The notes under the pieces are model-generated. The model was not told the DNA's origin and did not search any database. It saw nothing but the letters and a program-made list of their open reading frames with translations. A program made the position numbers and the translations under genes. 64,000 bases of DNA from Spirochaetia bacterium (GTDB taxonomy: Bacteria; Spirochaetota; Spirochaetia; SZUA-6; Bin103). Numbering within the stretch: position 1 is the first letter of the stretch; each line of letters begins with the position of its first letter. The stretch lies in assembly GCA_965198005.1 (NCBI GenBank), contig CBDAOI010000004.1, positions 544,001 through 608,000 of the forward strand, in the 5' to 3' direction. Positions 34,017-44,631 of the stretch are shown in pieces.

Positions 34017-34820
34017 TTAAACGGACGTGGCGCCGTCGGCACCCAGACGCCCTTCACCACCCCTGAGCCGCGGGTCGAGCAGGTCGCGCACCGCGTCGCC
34101 GAACATGTTGAGACTGTAAACGGTAATAGTCAGGACAAGACCGGGAAGGAGAGCGAGGTGTGGCGCTTGCTCCATGTATCTGCGCCCTTCCCGGCTGAGC
34201 AGACCTCCCCAGTCAGGAGTCGAGAGTGGCAGACCGAATCCGAGGAAGCTCAGAGCAGCCAAAGAGGAACATCCCCAGATTCCCCAGCGGGTCTTCGGTG
34301 AAGGGAATCAGCTTCATCGGCGGCGACCAGTTCCACCAGATTGAGGGGTAGAGCATGACCATGATTCCCAGCCAGAAGTTAGGCGTTGCCAGGCCGATGA
34401 TGGCGATGGAGCGCCCCACGTAGTCGGCGGCCGTATCCTGGCGAATCGCCGAGTAGATGCCGACGGGGAGCGCTATCACCAGCCCGATGACGATGGACAT
34501 GACACCAAGCTCAAGGGTGACTGGCAATCTACCTAATATCTTCTCCTCTACCGTCCAACCGCCAAGCAGTGTGTCGCCAAGGGTCCCGTGCAGTAAGATA
34601 CCTCCCATCCAGCGTCCATACTGCACGTGGACAGGCACGTCTAATCCCAGCATACGCTCAAGAGCTTCACGGTCAAAATTGCCAAACACCCATTGCATTT
34701 CATCCACCATCAAGTCTATTATATCGCCGGGGATGAAGCGCACCGAGAGAAAGACCAGGATGGTCAATAGAAACAGGGTGGGGATTATCAGCAATAACCG
34801 CCTGATGGTATAGGCTCTCA
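34017..34820 (-). pseudogene. Peptide ABC permeases dppB'/'dppC joined by a deletion
   Basis: DppB N-half (MRAYTIRRLL..DPLGNLGMFL) abuts the DppC C-terminus (AALSFLGFG..GDAVRDLLDPR) at about 34262. Confidence 0.85.
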
Positions 34821-34912
34821 TATCACAGACGTCCTGTCATTATTCAAGGAATGGAGAGCTAGGATGTTTCAGCTTCCCAGCTCTCCCTGAGGTCAGCCAC
34901 AAGGGCGGAGCC

Positions 34913-36375
34913 CTAATGACCCATTGCTTCCTTCATCTCACTATCAATCCAGAGGCGGGTTAAGACGTTTTGGCTCTGCTGGCCGTGTCCTATTCTTATT
35001 TCGCCGTTATAACCTTTGACCCACGGCTGCGTTGCGGTGAAATGTGGGACTTCGGGACCCCATACCACAGTTTGATGTTCTAGGAGTAACATATTTGCCT
35101 CTTTGGCGAATCTATTCTGCTCCTCGAAGGTGGAAGCAGCAGAGGCGGCCTGAAATAGAGCGTCAAATTCGGGGACGCTAAAGCCGGAGGGGGCCCACGG
35201 GCTATCTATTTCCGTTGTCCATTCTCCCATCATTGGGACAGGATAATACCTGATGGCCATTGCGTATCCTCTCAATCTGTAGGTAGTCTGATCTGGTCCG
35301 GCCGCTTGCAGTCTCATAATATCCATAGAATCTATCGCGATCTCCACGCCAATATCACGCCAGTATTCCGCGGCTATTTCTGCATAGCTCGGATCTTCCC
35401 AGTCACCTTGGGCAATCGAGGTCTTGATTCTAATGCCGTCGGCGCCGCGAGGATACCCAGCCGCATCGAGCAAAGCTTCTGCCCCTTCCGGGTCATAGTC
35501 ATAGACCTTCTTGAGCTCTTCAGGCCACTCCTCAAATGGCGTGCCCATCCCTTTTACATTATTGGCTATACGTCCATTCGGAGTCGCATCGCCATAACCC
35601 TTAAAGAAGGTATTGTTAATTGTCTCTAGGTCCAGTGCCATCTGCATGGCCTGGCGCACCCGGATGTCATTCCAGGGCGGTGTGTTCACATTGACGAAAA
35701 TAAAATTGTTGCCGCCCCGAAACTTAAACGGCCACAGATCGATTTCGGGGTTGGTCTGCTTGAGGCTCTCTACCTGGTCGATAGACGTCAATGCACTGTC
35801 ACCGACCGACCCCAGCATCTCAATCCTACCCGCGCGCAGTGCCGCCAGACGTGTTGCCTCTTCTGGCATCAACAAGGCTATTATCTCGTCAACGTAGGGC
35901 AAGCGGTTCTGCGGGTATTTTTCGTCGTAGCGCCAGTAGTCAGGATTCTTGGTCCACGTTATAGAGCTGCCTTCGACCACGTCCGTCAGCTCAAAGGGCC
36001 CGGTGCCGACTACGTTCCGCCAATCCTTAACGTCCCCGTGTTGCTCGATGACCTCCGGAGGGTATATCACAACACCGTCGGCCCACTGGAGCATATTTAC
36101 CAGGGCATTAAGGTTTAGCTCCTTCAGCTTGATAACCACCGTCCATTTGTCGGTGGCCGTGACCGACTCGAATTTCACCCCCCCGAGCGTACCCGGCCAT
36201 AGGTTATTGTCCCGCCATACTCTGGCGCGGTCACGATCTTGCCGGTGGCCGGGTCGCGCACCATTTCCTTTTCGGGCGCCGCTGCCGGCTCCTCTTCGCT
36301 GGCAGCGCCGGCCCAGAGGCCGGTTGCGGTCAGGGCCAAGCCAATCAGTACGGCGAGGCACTTGCGAAATTTCAT
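34913..36375 (-). pseudogene. Peptide ABC substrate-binding protein, internal deletion plus frameshift
   Basis: The N-terminus ..TAPEYGGTITYG jumps at about 36190 to GVKFESVTAT, losing roughly 120 aa relative to the paralog at 40890-42710. Confidence 0.85.
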
Positions 36376-37543
36376 ATAAACCATAAATTCCTTTGCGCGA
36401 GAGTAGGATCTACTGCCGGCCCCTCGCCTACTCTCGCGATATGCCTGCAATCCGCAGGTGATCAGAAAGCGAGGGCGACACCCTTTAGCGGCCGACGCCG
36501 CTCGGTCCCGAGCCGCGTTAGTCGTACGGAGATTTCATCCCTTGCCTCCTTTGACATGGGCATGCCGCAGAACACCACGCGGGGTGGCGGTCGGACACGT
36601 AACCCATCTGTTTCTTACCGCCGGCAGCGTCGCTACGCATGTTGGGATGGACTGGTATCATCTTCACCTCCTTCTTGGGGCACAGGGTGCCCTGCCAGAT
36701 GGCTGACGTAAGATGGGATCCGCGTACGCGCCGCATCATGCAAACGCCCACCGCTCGGCGGACGTCGGGACCTGCGTCACAACGCCACGCGCGGCGGTGG
36801 CCGGCGAAGCAGCGAGGGTGATTGACCGGCGACGCAGGCGGTGGGTTTTGCGCGCAGTTAGTCGCGGGCGGGGATCCGGCACGGTCGCGGTCGCCGACAA
36901 CGGCGTGGGCGGCCCGCATGCCGGTTCGGCTGTGGACGGAGCCGGTGCCACCGATAGCTACGGCGGTAGTGGAGGCGACGGCGTGCGCGGGGGCGCGTGC
37001 GCGGCGATCAGCCGGAGCGGTTAGTTGTTTCTCGGTTCGAAAAAGTGGGGGGGTAGGCGAGGATAGGACGCGCCGGCTGCGTTGCCGCTAACCGGTGGCA
37101 GTGCTGAGTAGTGTTATCACGCATCTTTTGCATCCGTTCAAACCCGAGGCTTTTAGTATGGCACCGCTGCGGCAAACAAGTCAACAGGCAAACAGCAGCG
37201 ATTCTCGGGGAACCGCTGGTAGAGGGGCAGAGGGTCATAAGCTCAAGCCCTCCGAGTGTGAAACGCGACCATGCCCACCTGTTGGCCCACCGAGTGAATG
37301 CACGCACGGCCCGACCCGGCATAAATTCTGTAACTGATGGCAGGTGACGTATTTAGCCACCGTCATGCAGCCCCGTGCGATGACCTGACCACCGTCAGCC
37401 ACCGCCGCTCGGCCGATGCCGCGGGCTGGCGCGGTGCGGCGATCGGCCCTTCGGGGCCGGTTGCCCGCGCGCCGCCGGCACACCTGCGCCGCAGCCCCAG
37501 TCAGGGATCGTTCAGGGAGCAGGTTCAGTTCCCCAGGGAGCGG

Positions 37544-37803
37544 CTACCCGGACAGCGGCTGCGGCGGCGAATTCATCCGCACCAGCACCTGGTCCCACGA
37601 CCGGAACAGGAATAGCCGGAACGTGGCGCGAATCGCGCCCCAGAACTCCCGGCGCGACCCGAACCCAGCCCGCACCTGCTGATACAGACCGTCCACCAGC
37701 TCGAATATCCGGTGCATGAAACAGGCCAGCAGGCCCGGCACGAAGAACGCCTCCGATAAGTACTTGTCACCGTGGCCGAAGTTGTGCTCCAGGTGATAGC
37801 CCC
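37544..37803 (-). mobile_element. ISNCY-like transposase C-terminal remnant
   Basis: GYHLEHNFGHGDKYLSEAFFV..LLACFMHRIFELVDGLYQQVR..EFW. Confidence 0.7.
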
Positions 37804-37828
37804 TGACGGCCTTCCAAACCCAGGGAGG

Positions 37829-38946
37829 GCGCGGTAGGAACGCCGGTTACCCGGCGCCCCCCGCACAGATCCGGACGTGGTCGTTAAACCATCCGGCTCC
37901 TACCTTCGGTGGTTGACGGCAAATCGCCGGTCCGGCCATGAGTGTACGATTCGGGGTTGGGGCCACAGCTTGATGCTGATCGCCAGCATCCAAGCCCAGG
38001 AGAATCGGTCCTTCTGGGACCTCCGGCGTAGAATCTTTACCCAGATTCCTCGCAGACGCCACACGAATCGGTGCAGGTAGCGGTAGCTGGTGGGTACCGC
38101 GTAGTAGTTGAGCCATCCGCGCAGTACCCGTCCCAGCCAGCGCCCGGTTTCCATCACGTCATCATGCATTCGTCTGCGGAGTTCGATCTTGATCCTCTTC
38201 AGGGTACGATTCATCCGCTTTTCATGTCTCCGCGCGCCTCCTGCGGCCGCCACTTCTTGGTGACCCACAGGTCCAACACGTAGTGCAGATAGATATTCGC
38301 GAGCATCGGTGAAATCACCGACCCTTGCGCTGTACCCCGCCCCGCGTCGATCTGTCGGCCTTCTTCCAGTACCCCAGCGCGCAGCCACTTCTTTATCAGC
38401 CGCAGCACCCGCCGATCTCCAATCCGATGCTCCAGGAATCTGATCAACCAGTCCCGCGAGATCGTGTCGAAGTAGCCGCGAATGTCCGCGTCCAATATCC
38501 AGTTCACTTCGCGCCGTTCGATGGCGTAGGCCAGTGCGTCCAACGCATCGTGTGCCCCTCGCCCCGGTCGAAACCCATAGCTGATCCCGAGAAATTCCTC
38601 CTCATAGATCGGAGTCAGGATCACATCCACCACGGCCTTCCGGACGATCTTGTCCTCCAGCGCGGCCACCCCCAGCGGTCGTGTGCCTCCGTCCGGCTTG
38701 TCGATGTCGACCCGCCGTACCGGGGCCGCTTCGCGCTTCAGCGCGTAATAGGCCACCGCAGCGCTTCCGGCGTCACGTGGTGCAGCAGCGCAGTGAGTTT
38801 CTCCTGCGGTTCTCTCTTTACGAATTGCCGTATCCGCACCCTTGCAGGTGCCAACGCACGGCTCGCGGGGAAACGTGGATTGGCTGCTCCTTCGTTCCGA
38901 GGGACTTTCACCCTCTGTCATATGCCAGTTTGCCTGGCGCTCGCAC
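37829..38946 (-). mobile_element. Group II intron, internally deleted (class E-like)
   Basis: 5' GTGCGAGCGCCAGGCAAACTGGC; domain V GAGCCGGATGGTTTAACGACCACGTCCGGATC (about 37868-37899); domain VI ending CCTACCGCG. RT motifs KPDGGTRPLG, YGFRPGR, DADIRGYFD, GTAQGSVISP and domain X are present; the YADD region is deleted. Confidence 0.9.
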
Positions 38947-39823
38947 CCAGGCGGCCCCCACCACCCCGCAGCCGCGGGTCGAGCAGGTCCCGCACCGCGT
39001 CGCCGAACATGTTCAGGCAGTACACGACAATCGTCAGGCACAGCCCGGGTAAGAGCGCCAGCCGCGGCGCCACCTCCATGTACTTGCGCCCTTCTCTGCT
39101 GAGCATGGCTCCCCAGCTCGGGATCTCCAGTGGCAGACCGAATCCCAGGAAACTCAAGCTGGCCTCGGCAATGATGACGCCCCCGATGTTGATGGAGAAG
39201 ACGATGATGACGACAGGTATGATATTGGGCAGCACATGGCGGATCAGGATGTGGCGCGTGGGCGTGCCCACCGCCTGGGCTGCCAGCAAATAGTCATTCT
39301 CCTTGATGCCCATAACGGCACCCCGGATGACTCTCGAGCCGCCGATGCCCCCGGCGATCCCCAAGACCAGGATGATCTGTGGCAAACCCTGCCCCACCAC
39401 AGACATGATCGTCAACAAGATCAGCAACCCCGGAAAGGCCATCCAGGCATCGACAAAGCGCTGCACCGCCAGGTCCAGTTTCCCGCCAAAGTAGCCGGAC
39501 GGTGCGCCTATCAGCACAGCCACCACGACATTGACCGTAGTCGCTGCCAGGCCGACGAATAGCGAAATTCGGGCACCGTAGATCAGGCGGCTCAGCAGGT
39601 CCCGCCCCAGATGATCGGTGCCCAGGAGATAGCGGCTCGATGAGCTGGTCAGCCGGTCTACCAAATGGACTTCAGCCGGCTCATACGGCGCCACGACACC
39701 GGCGAAAATGCTGACGAAAACCAGTAACAGTACGACCACTCCCCCGAAAGTGCCCAGCGGCTGCTCCTTCACAAGCCTTCGCAGCAACAGGCCCGGGAAA
39801 AACTGTCTCTTTCTCGGGTCCAT
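38918..39823 (-). CDS. Peptide ABC transporter permease (DppC/OppC-like)
   Basis: LGTDHLGRD, RHVLPN, EASLSFLG, GDAVRDLLDPR; the last codons come from the intron 5' end. Confidence 0.9.
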   Translation of the reverse strand: MDPRKRQFFPGLLLRRLVKEQPLGTFGGVVVLLLVFVSIFAGVVAPYEPAEVHLVDRLTSSSSRYLLGTDHLGRDLLSRLIYGARISLFVGLAATTVNVVVAVLIGAPSGYFGGKLDLAVQRFVDAWMAFPGLLILLTIMSVVGQGLPQIILVLGIAGGIGGSRVIRGAVMGIKENDYLLAAQAVGTPTRHILIRHVLPNIIPVVIIVFSINIGGVIIAEASLSFLGFGLPLEIPSWGAMLSREGRKYMEVAPRLALLPGLCLTIVVYCLNMFGDAVRDLLDPRLRGGGGRLGASARQTGI

Positions 39824-39824
39824 G

Positions 39825-40787
39825 CTATCGATAACGAATCCGGGGATCCAAATAGGAATAAATGATATCGATCAACAGGTTGAACGTGAGCACGGCAGTG
39901 CCAAAAAACAGGTTGATGCCGGAGACTACCGGGTAATCTCTCTCCGTGAGGGCGATCAGCATCAGGCGTCCTAGCCCCGGAAGGTTGAAGATGTTCTCCA
40001 TGATTACGGCGCCGCCTACTATGATAGGTAGCTGCAGGCCTACCAGGGTCACTACCGGAATGAGGGCGTTCTTGACGGCGTGCCTCACCACGACGACACG
40101 CTCCTTGAGACCCTTGGACCAGGCGGTACGGATATAGTCCTGCCGGAGCACTTCCAGCATCATGGTGCGGGTCATACGCATGGTGGCAGCAGACAAGGCC
40201 GTCCCCAGTATCAGGCTGGGAATGATGAAGATGCCGAGATTTCCCAGCGGGTCTTCGACCAGAGGGATATACTCCATCGGCGGCGACCAGCCCCACCAGA
40301 TGGCCGGAAAGATCATCACCATCAGGGCCAGCCAGAAGTTGGGCGTTGCCAAGCCGATGACGGCGAACGAACGCCCCACGTAGTCGGCGGCGGTGTTGCG
40401 GCGCATCGCCGAGTAGATGCCGACCGGCACTGCTATCAGCAACCCCATGACGACGGACAAAACGCCAAGCTCAATAGTCAGCGATAATCTGTCCCAAATA
40501 GCCGCCTCCACCGACCAGTCGCCTAAAAGTGAATTGCCAAGGGTGCCGCGCAGCAGGATACCTCCCATCCAGCGTCCATACTGCACGTACACGGGCTGGT
40601 CCAATCCCAACATCCGCTCGACAGCTTCACGGTCCATACTCGCACCCGCGCCTTGAGCTTCTATCCTACCCGCCATCGCATCTATTACATCACCCGGGAT
40701 GAAACGGACCGACAGGAAGACCAGGATGGTCAAAATCAACAGCGTAGGTATGAGGAGCAATAGTCTCCTGATGACGTAGGCTCTCAT
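39825..40787 (-). CDS. Peptide ABC transporter permease (DppB/OppB-like)
   Basis: FIPGD, LGLDQP..QY, DYIRTAWSKG, HAVKNA, PGLG, LDPRIR. Confidence 0.9.
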   Translation of the reverse strand: MRAYVIRRLLLLIPTLLILTILVFLSVRFIPGDVIDAMAGRIEAQGAGASMDREAVERMLGLDQPVYVQYGRWMGGILLRGTLGNSLLGDWSVEAAIWDRLSLTIELGVLSVVMGLLIAVPVGIYSAMRRNTAADYVGRSFAVIGLATPNFWLALMVMIFPAIWWGWSPPMEYIPLVEDPLGNLGIFIIPSLILGTALSAATMRMTRTMMLEVLRQDYIRTAWSKGLKERVVVVRHAVKNALIPVVTLVGLQLPIIVGGAVIMENIFNLPGLGRLMLIALTERDYPVVSGINLFFGTAVLTFNLLIDIIYSYLDPRIRYR

Positions 40788-40833
40788 TTCGGATGACTGC
40801 TCATCGTTCGACTGGACGCCACAGCTTGTTCGG

Positions 40834-40871
40834 AAAAAAAGTCCCTCTCCCCGCGGGGCGGTGAGAGGGAC
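40834..40871 (-). terminator. Terminator-like hairpin between the SBP and permease genes
   Basis: Stem GTCCCTCTC/GAGAGGGAC followed by T7 on the minus strand. Confidence 0.7.
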
Positions 40872-40889
40872 CAACGCGCTAGATCGTGC

Positions 40890-42710
40890 TCAAAAACCCA
40901 TTTCTTTCTTCAAATCCTGGTCAATCCAGAGGCGGGCGAAAATGGCATACCATTGCAAACCCCCTAGGCCACCTTCCGAGTTGTACCCTTTGACCCACGG
41001 CTGGGTGACATTAAATTGTGGAACCTCAGGACCGGGAACACCCCAGACACTCTTCTTGAAGTACATATCCATCTCCAGAATCGGCTCCCTCTGATCCTCA
41101 AAGGTGGTAGCGGCCTTGGCTCTCTCGAACAACGCGTTAAAGACCGGGTCGTCGGATTTAGCTGGGTTATATTGAAATGCCGGAGTAAATCTCAACATCG
41201 CATCGTATGAATCAGACAACGCACCGAACGCGTAGTGGACTAACCCCTGTTCCCTTTCAGGATCTGCCCACCATGCGTTCCATGCTGCATCAGCTGGCCG
41301 AGGATCGAGCCTCACATCGACGCCAATCTCACTCCAGTAGGCTGCGACCGCTTCTACCCAGCCAACATCCTCGGTGTCACGGAATTTTGCGTTGGTCTTG
41401 AATCGAATGCCGTCGGCGCCGCGCGGATAGCCCGCTTCATCAAGCAGCTTCTCGGCCCCCTCAGGGTTATAGCTATAGGCATCCTTGACCTCCTGAGGCC
41501 ACTCGTCAAACGGGACGTGGAAACCTGGCATCCCTATTTGCCCCCTGGGCGTTGTATCTCCATAACCCTTGAAGTAGGTATTGTTAATGGTTTCGTGGTC
41601 CAGTGCCATGTTCATGGCCTTTCGCACCCGGATGTCGTCAAAGGGCGGCTCACTCACGTTGAAAATAAAACCATTATCCGCCCGTTCCGAATACTCGTTC
41701 AGCACCAGCTCGGGATTGGTTCTCTTGAGACTCTCTGCCACATCGATAGATTTTATCATGGTGCCGGCGCCGTGGTAACCACTGTAATCAATTTTACGGG
41801 AGCGTAGTGCCGCCAGACGGGTTGCTTCCTCCGGCATGAACAGGACCCTGAACTCGTCGACGTACGGCAGGCGGTTCTCCGGGAACTTCTCGTCGTAGCC
41901 CCAGTAGTCAGGATTCTTGGTATAGGTGATAGAGACGCTTTCGACATAGTCAGTCAGCTCAAAGGGTCCGGTGCCGACCAGGTTCCTCCAATCGGAAGCG
42001 TCACCGTCTTCCTTGATTACCTCGGGAGGATACATGACGATAGTATGCCAGTCCAGAATCATGTTCGGGGTACGAAGGTATGGCTCCTTCAGCGTGAAAA
42101 CTACGGTATATTCGTCGGTGGCCGTTATCGACTCGAATGGCACTGTCCCAAGCTCACCTGCTGTTGCGGCAGGTTCGGCTTCACTGAACTCGGTCCCTGT
42201 CAACCTATTTCCCAAGAAGCGGTGAAAGGAATGTTCTACATCCTTGGCAGTTAGCTCCCGCCCGTTCACCGGCGGCTTATCATGCCAGTGAACGCCCTGG
42301 CGGATGTTGAAGGTATAGGTGAGCCTGTCCGGGGACATATCCCAGCTTTCAGCCAGCGCCCCCTTCAGGGCGAATAGAGGCGCCGGGTAGCCACCCCTAA
42401 AGTGAAATTCGTCCCTACTTAGTCCCCAGTCCACGATGCCGAGCTTCTCCACGACGGCACTGCTAACTTGAAACGGCGACCACGCTAAATAAGTGTCAAA
42501 AACCTTCTGATCTCTTCCAGCGGCCTGGGTCAATGTCCCGCCATACTCTGGCGCGGTCACCATCTTGCCGGTGGTGGGGTCGAGCACCATTTCCTTCTCG
42601 GCAGCGGCTACCGGCGCCTCTTCCTCTGCGCCGGCGGCCCAGAGGCCGGTTGCGGTCATTACGAGGACCAACGCAAACGCGAAGGTCATTCTGATTCTTA
42701 CAATATGCAT
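40890..42710 (-). CDS. Peptide ABC substrate-binding protein (family 5)
   Basis: 606 aa; signal peptide, LAESWD, IRQGVHWHD, GTGPF, PFDDIRVRKA. Confidence 0.9.
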   Translation of the reverse strand: MHIVRIRMTFAFALVLVMTATGLWAAGAEEEAPVAAAEKEMVLDPTTGKMVTAPEYGGTLTQAAGRDQKVFDTYLAWSPFQVSSAVVEKLGIVDWGLSRDEFHFRGGYPAPLFALKGALAESWDMSPDRLTYTFNIRQGVHWHDKPPVNGRELTAKDVEHSFHRFLGNRLTGTEFSEAEPAATAGELGTVPFESITATDEYTVVFTLKEPYLRTPNMILDWHTIVMYPPEVIKEDGDASDWRNLVGTGPFELTDYVESVSITYTKNPDYWGYDEKFPENRLPYVDEFRVLFMPEEATRLAALRSRKIDYSGYHGAGTMIKSIDVAESLKRTNPELVLNEYSERADNGFIFNVSEPPFDDIRVRKAMNMALDHETINNTYFKGYGDTTPRGQIGMPGFHVPFDEWPQEVKDAYSYNPEGAEKLLDEAGYPRGADGIRFKTNAKFRDTEDVGWVEAVAAYWSEIGVDVRLDPRPADAAWNAWWADPEREQGLVHYAFGALSDSYDAMLRFTPAFQYNPAKSDDPVFNALFERAKAATTFEDQREPILEMDMYFKKSVWGVPGPEVPQFNVTQPWVKGYNSEGGLGGLQWYAIFARLWIDQDLKKEMGF

Positions 42711-42921
42711 ACGTTTCTCCGTATGTAGATTTTTCGAGAGTATTGCGGAGCGGATTGCCGCTCCCTGGCTACTCTTATGCCCGCAACCGCGGGCGTGCCC
42801 GCAACCGCGGACGGCCAGTCTGAGTCAAATTCCTGAAGCGCGCGGCGTGTGACTCAGCCGGGTTCACCCGGGCTCACGCCGCGCGCGCCTACGGCTCTTT
42901 GAGTATCATTTTGAACCTCCT

Positions 42922-43597
42922 GTGCGCCGGCAAACCGGCAGGGTTGTTGTGAATGAAAGAGTCATACGTCGAATGGCTAGCGACCCACGGCGGCCCCGAG
43001 TCATGCGCCGTCGCCCGCGAGGGCGGGGGCGAAGCGTTGACAGGGGTACGTGCGGGCCGGGTATCGAGCCGCGAAAGGCAATTACTTCGGGGTGCCGACG
43101 CCGTAGGAGGATGCGGAAGGCCGACAAGACGCGCTTGATCGAGTTTGGGCCGTTCGCGGCCGAGAACCGCAGGCGCCGAGGTGAGGGCAAGCCGGAGACC
43201 TTCGACTTCCTCGGGTTCACGCACATCTGCGGGACCAAGGGGAGTAACGGACGGTTCACGGTGCTCAGGCAGACGATGCGGGAGCGGTTGCAGGCCAAGC
43301 TGGGGCAGGTGAAGATCGAGCTCCGGCGACGCCTGCACGATCCGGTCCCGGAGGTGGGAAGCTGGCTGCGCTCGGTGGTGGGTGGGCACCTGCGTTACTA
43401 CGGGGTGCCCATGAACTCCCGCGCAATCAGCCTGTTCCGCCTGCGGGTTGGTTGGCTCTGGAATCGGTCGATGCGGCGACGCAGTCAGAAGACCCGGCTT
43501 ACCTGGGAGCGCATGAGCCGTCTCATCGACCACTGGTTGCCACCGCCCCGTGTGTGCCATCCCTATCCCCTGTACCGCCTTGGCGTCATACCTGAGG
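42922..43597 (+). mobile_element. Group II intron remnant (5' domain I joined to RT6-7 and X; no domain V/VI)
   Basis: Starts GTGCGCCGGCAAACCGGC, with GAAGCGTTGACAGGGG..GAGCCGCGAAA; jumps at about 43120 to KTRLIEFG..PETFDFLGFTH..GHLRYYGVP..HPYP. Confidence 0.85.
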
Positions 43598-43598
43598 C

Positions 43599-43927
43599 GT
43601 CGTGGCGCATCATCCTCATCCATCCAACCCCGAGCGGTGAACCGTCGCACGCGGCCAGAACCTGTCAACGACTCGGAGGTCACCGAAGGTCACCGTCGAC
43701 CGGCCACTGCGCTGACTGTCATCATGGTGCTGCATCATCGATCCGTCGAACCCCAAGCGAGGCAAGCTTGCTATGGACGCGACCACCCTGTCAACGACTC
43801 GGAGGTGACCGACGGCCACCGTCGACCGGCCACTGCGCTCACTGTCGTCATGGCGCTTCATCATCGATCCGTCGAACCCAGAACGGTGCAGTCTCTCACG
43901 CGCACGGCAAACTCTCAACAGCTCGGA
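43599..43927. repeat. Degenerate tandem repeat with ~123-126-bp period
   Basis: 93-bp core at 43661-43753 and 43787-43879 (7 mismatches); partial copies at about 43599-43630 and 43911-43927; 30-33-nt variable linkers. Confidence 0.85.
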
Positions 43928-44631
43928 TCCCATCGTCCCATCTATCCCGTCCCACTGTCCAGTTGGCTCGAGGCCGAGCGACGCTGACTAAGAACGTCAG
44001 TCGGCGACTGGTGTTGGCGTCACGGGCCGTCTCCAATCAACCGAGACAAAACCGAGACACGGTCGGTCGCGAACAAGGGGCCTTGGTGCATACTCTGAAT
44101 CGGGCAATGGGCGGGTTTGCCGGCAACCCGGAATCGCCATCGAGGCGTGGCGCGGTGAGCCGGCAGCGACAATGGGCTGGATCGCCACCGACACGCGATG
44201 GGCCGCTTCATCGGTCGCGGCAGAGTTGGTAACCGGTGACCTCCACCCGCGGTTTCCCTCCCTGGCACCGTACTGCGCGGGTTGCCACGCACTCCTATAT
44301 AGATTGTTGGCGCCGCCGCGTGCGCCGGGAAGGGGCCAAGCGCCAGCGGACCGTGCGCGAGAAGACCTCAGCGCGTTCAAGTCGCCACCACCCAAATATG
44401 CCCGTATCTTCTTGATATATAATTAGTTACAATCTCCTGCAGGCCGCTAAACCGGACAGTAGTGTCGTCATGTATCAAATGACTCGATGACTCTGCGCGC
44501 CCATGCCTTGCCTTCCCCGCAGGTCCGTCTTGGTCACCTTGGGAGGGTCGCGGAACACGATCCGGGAGACCCACTTCTCCGATTCTACCGCGGAGGTTGC
44601 CGGGAACGCCGCATGCGGCTCTATGCGCATT

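Larger units (their letters stand above)
33996..44464. mobile_element. Non-autonomous cargo transposon bounded by terminal inverted repeats (10,469 bp)
   Basis: Left end CAGTAGTGTCCGGTT (33996-34010). Right end AACCGGACAGTAGTG (44450-44464; reverse complement CACTACTGTCCGGTT, 13/15 match). TCGTCATGT flanks both ends (33987-33995 and 44465-44473). Confidence 0.85.

Noticed and set aside
43599-43927. CRISPR array or DGR template/variable repeat pair next to an RT
   Set aside because: The 93-bp units are too long for CRISPR, the linkers are partly similar to each other and there are no cas genes. Mismatches are not adenine-specific, and the RT is a group II intron remnant.
42922-44232. 436-aa ORF as an intact RT fusion
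   Set aside because: It is read-through of intron RNA, a partial maturase and repeat DNA; there is no YADD.
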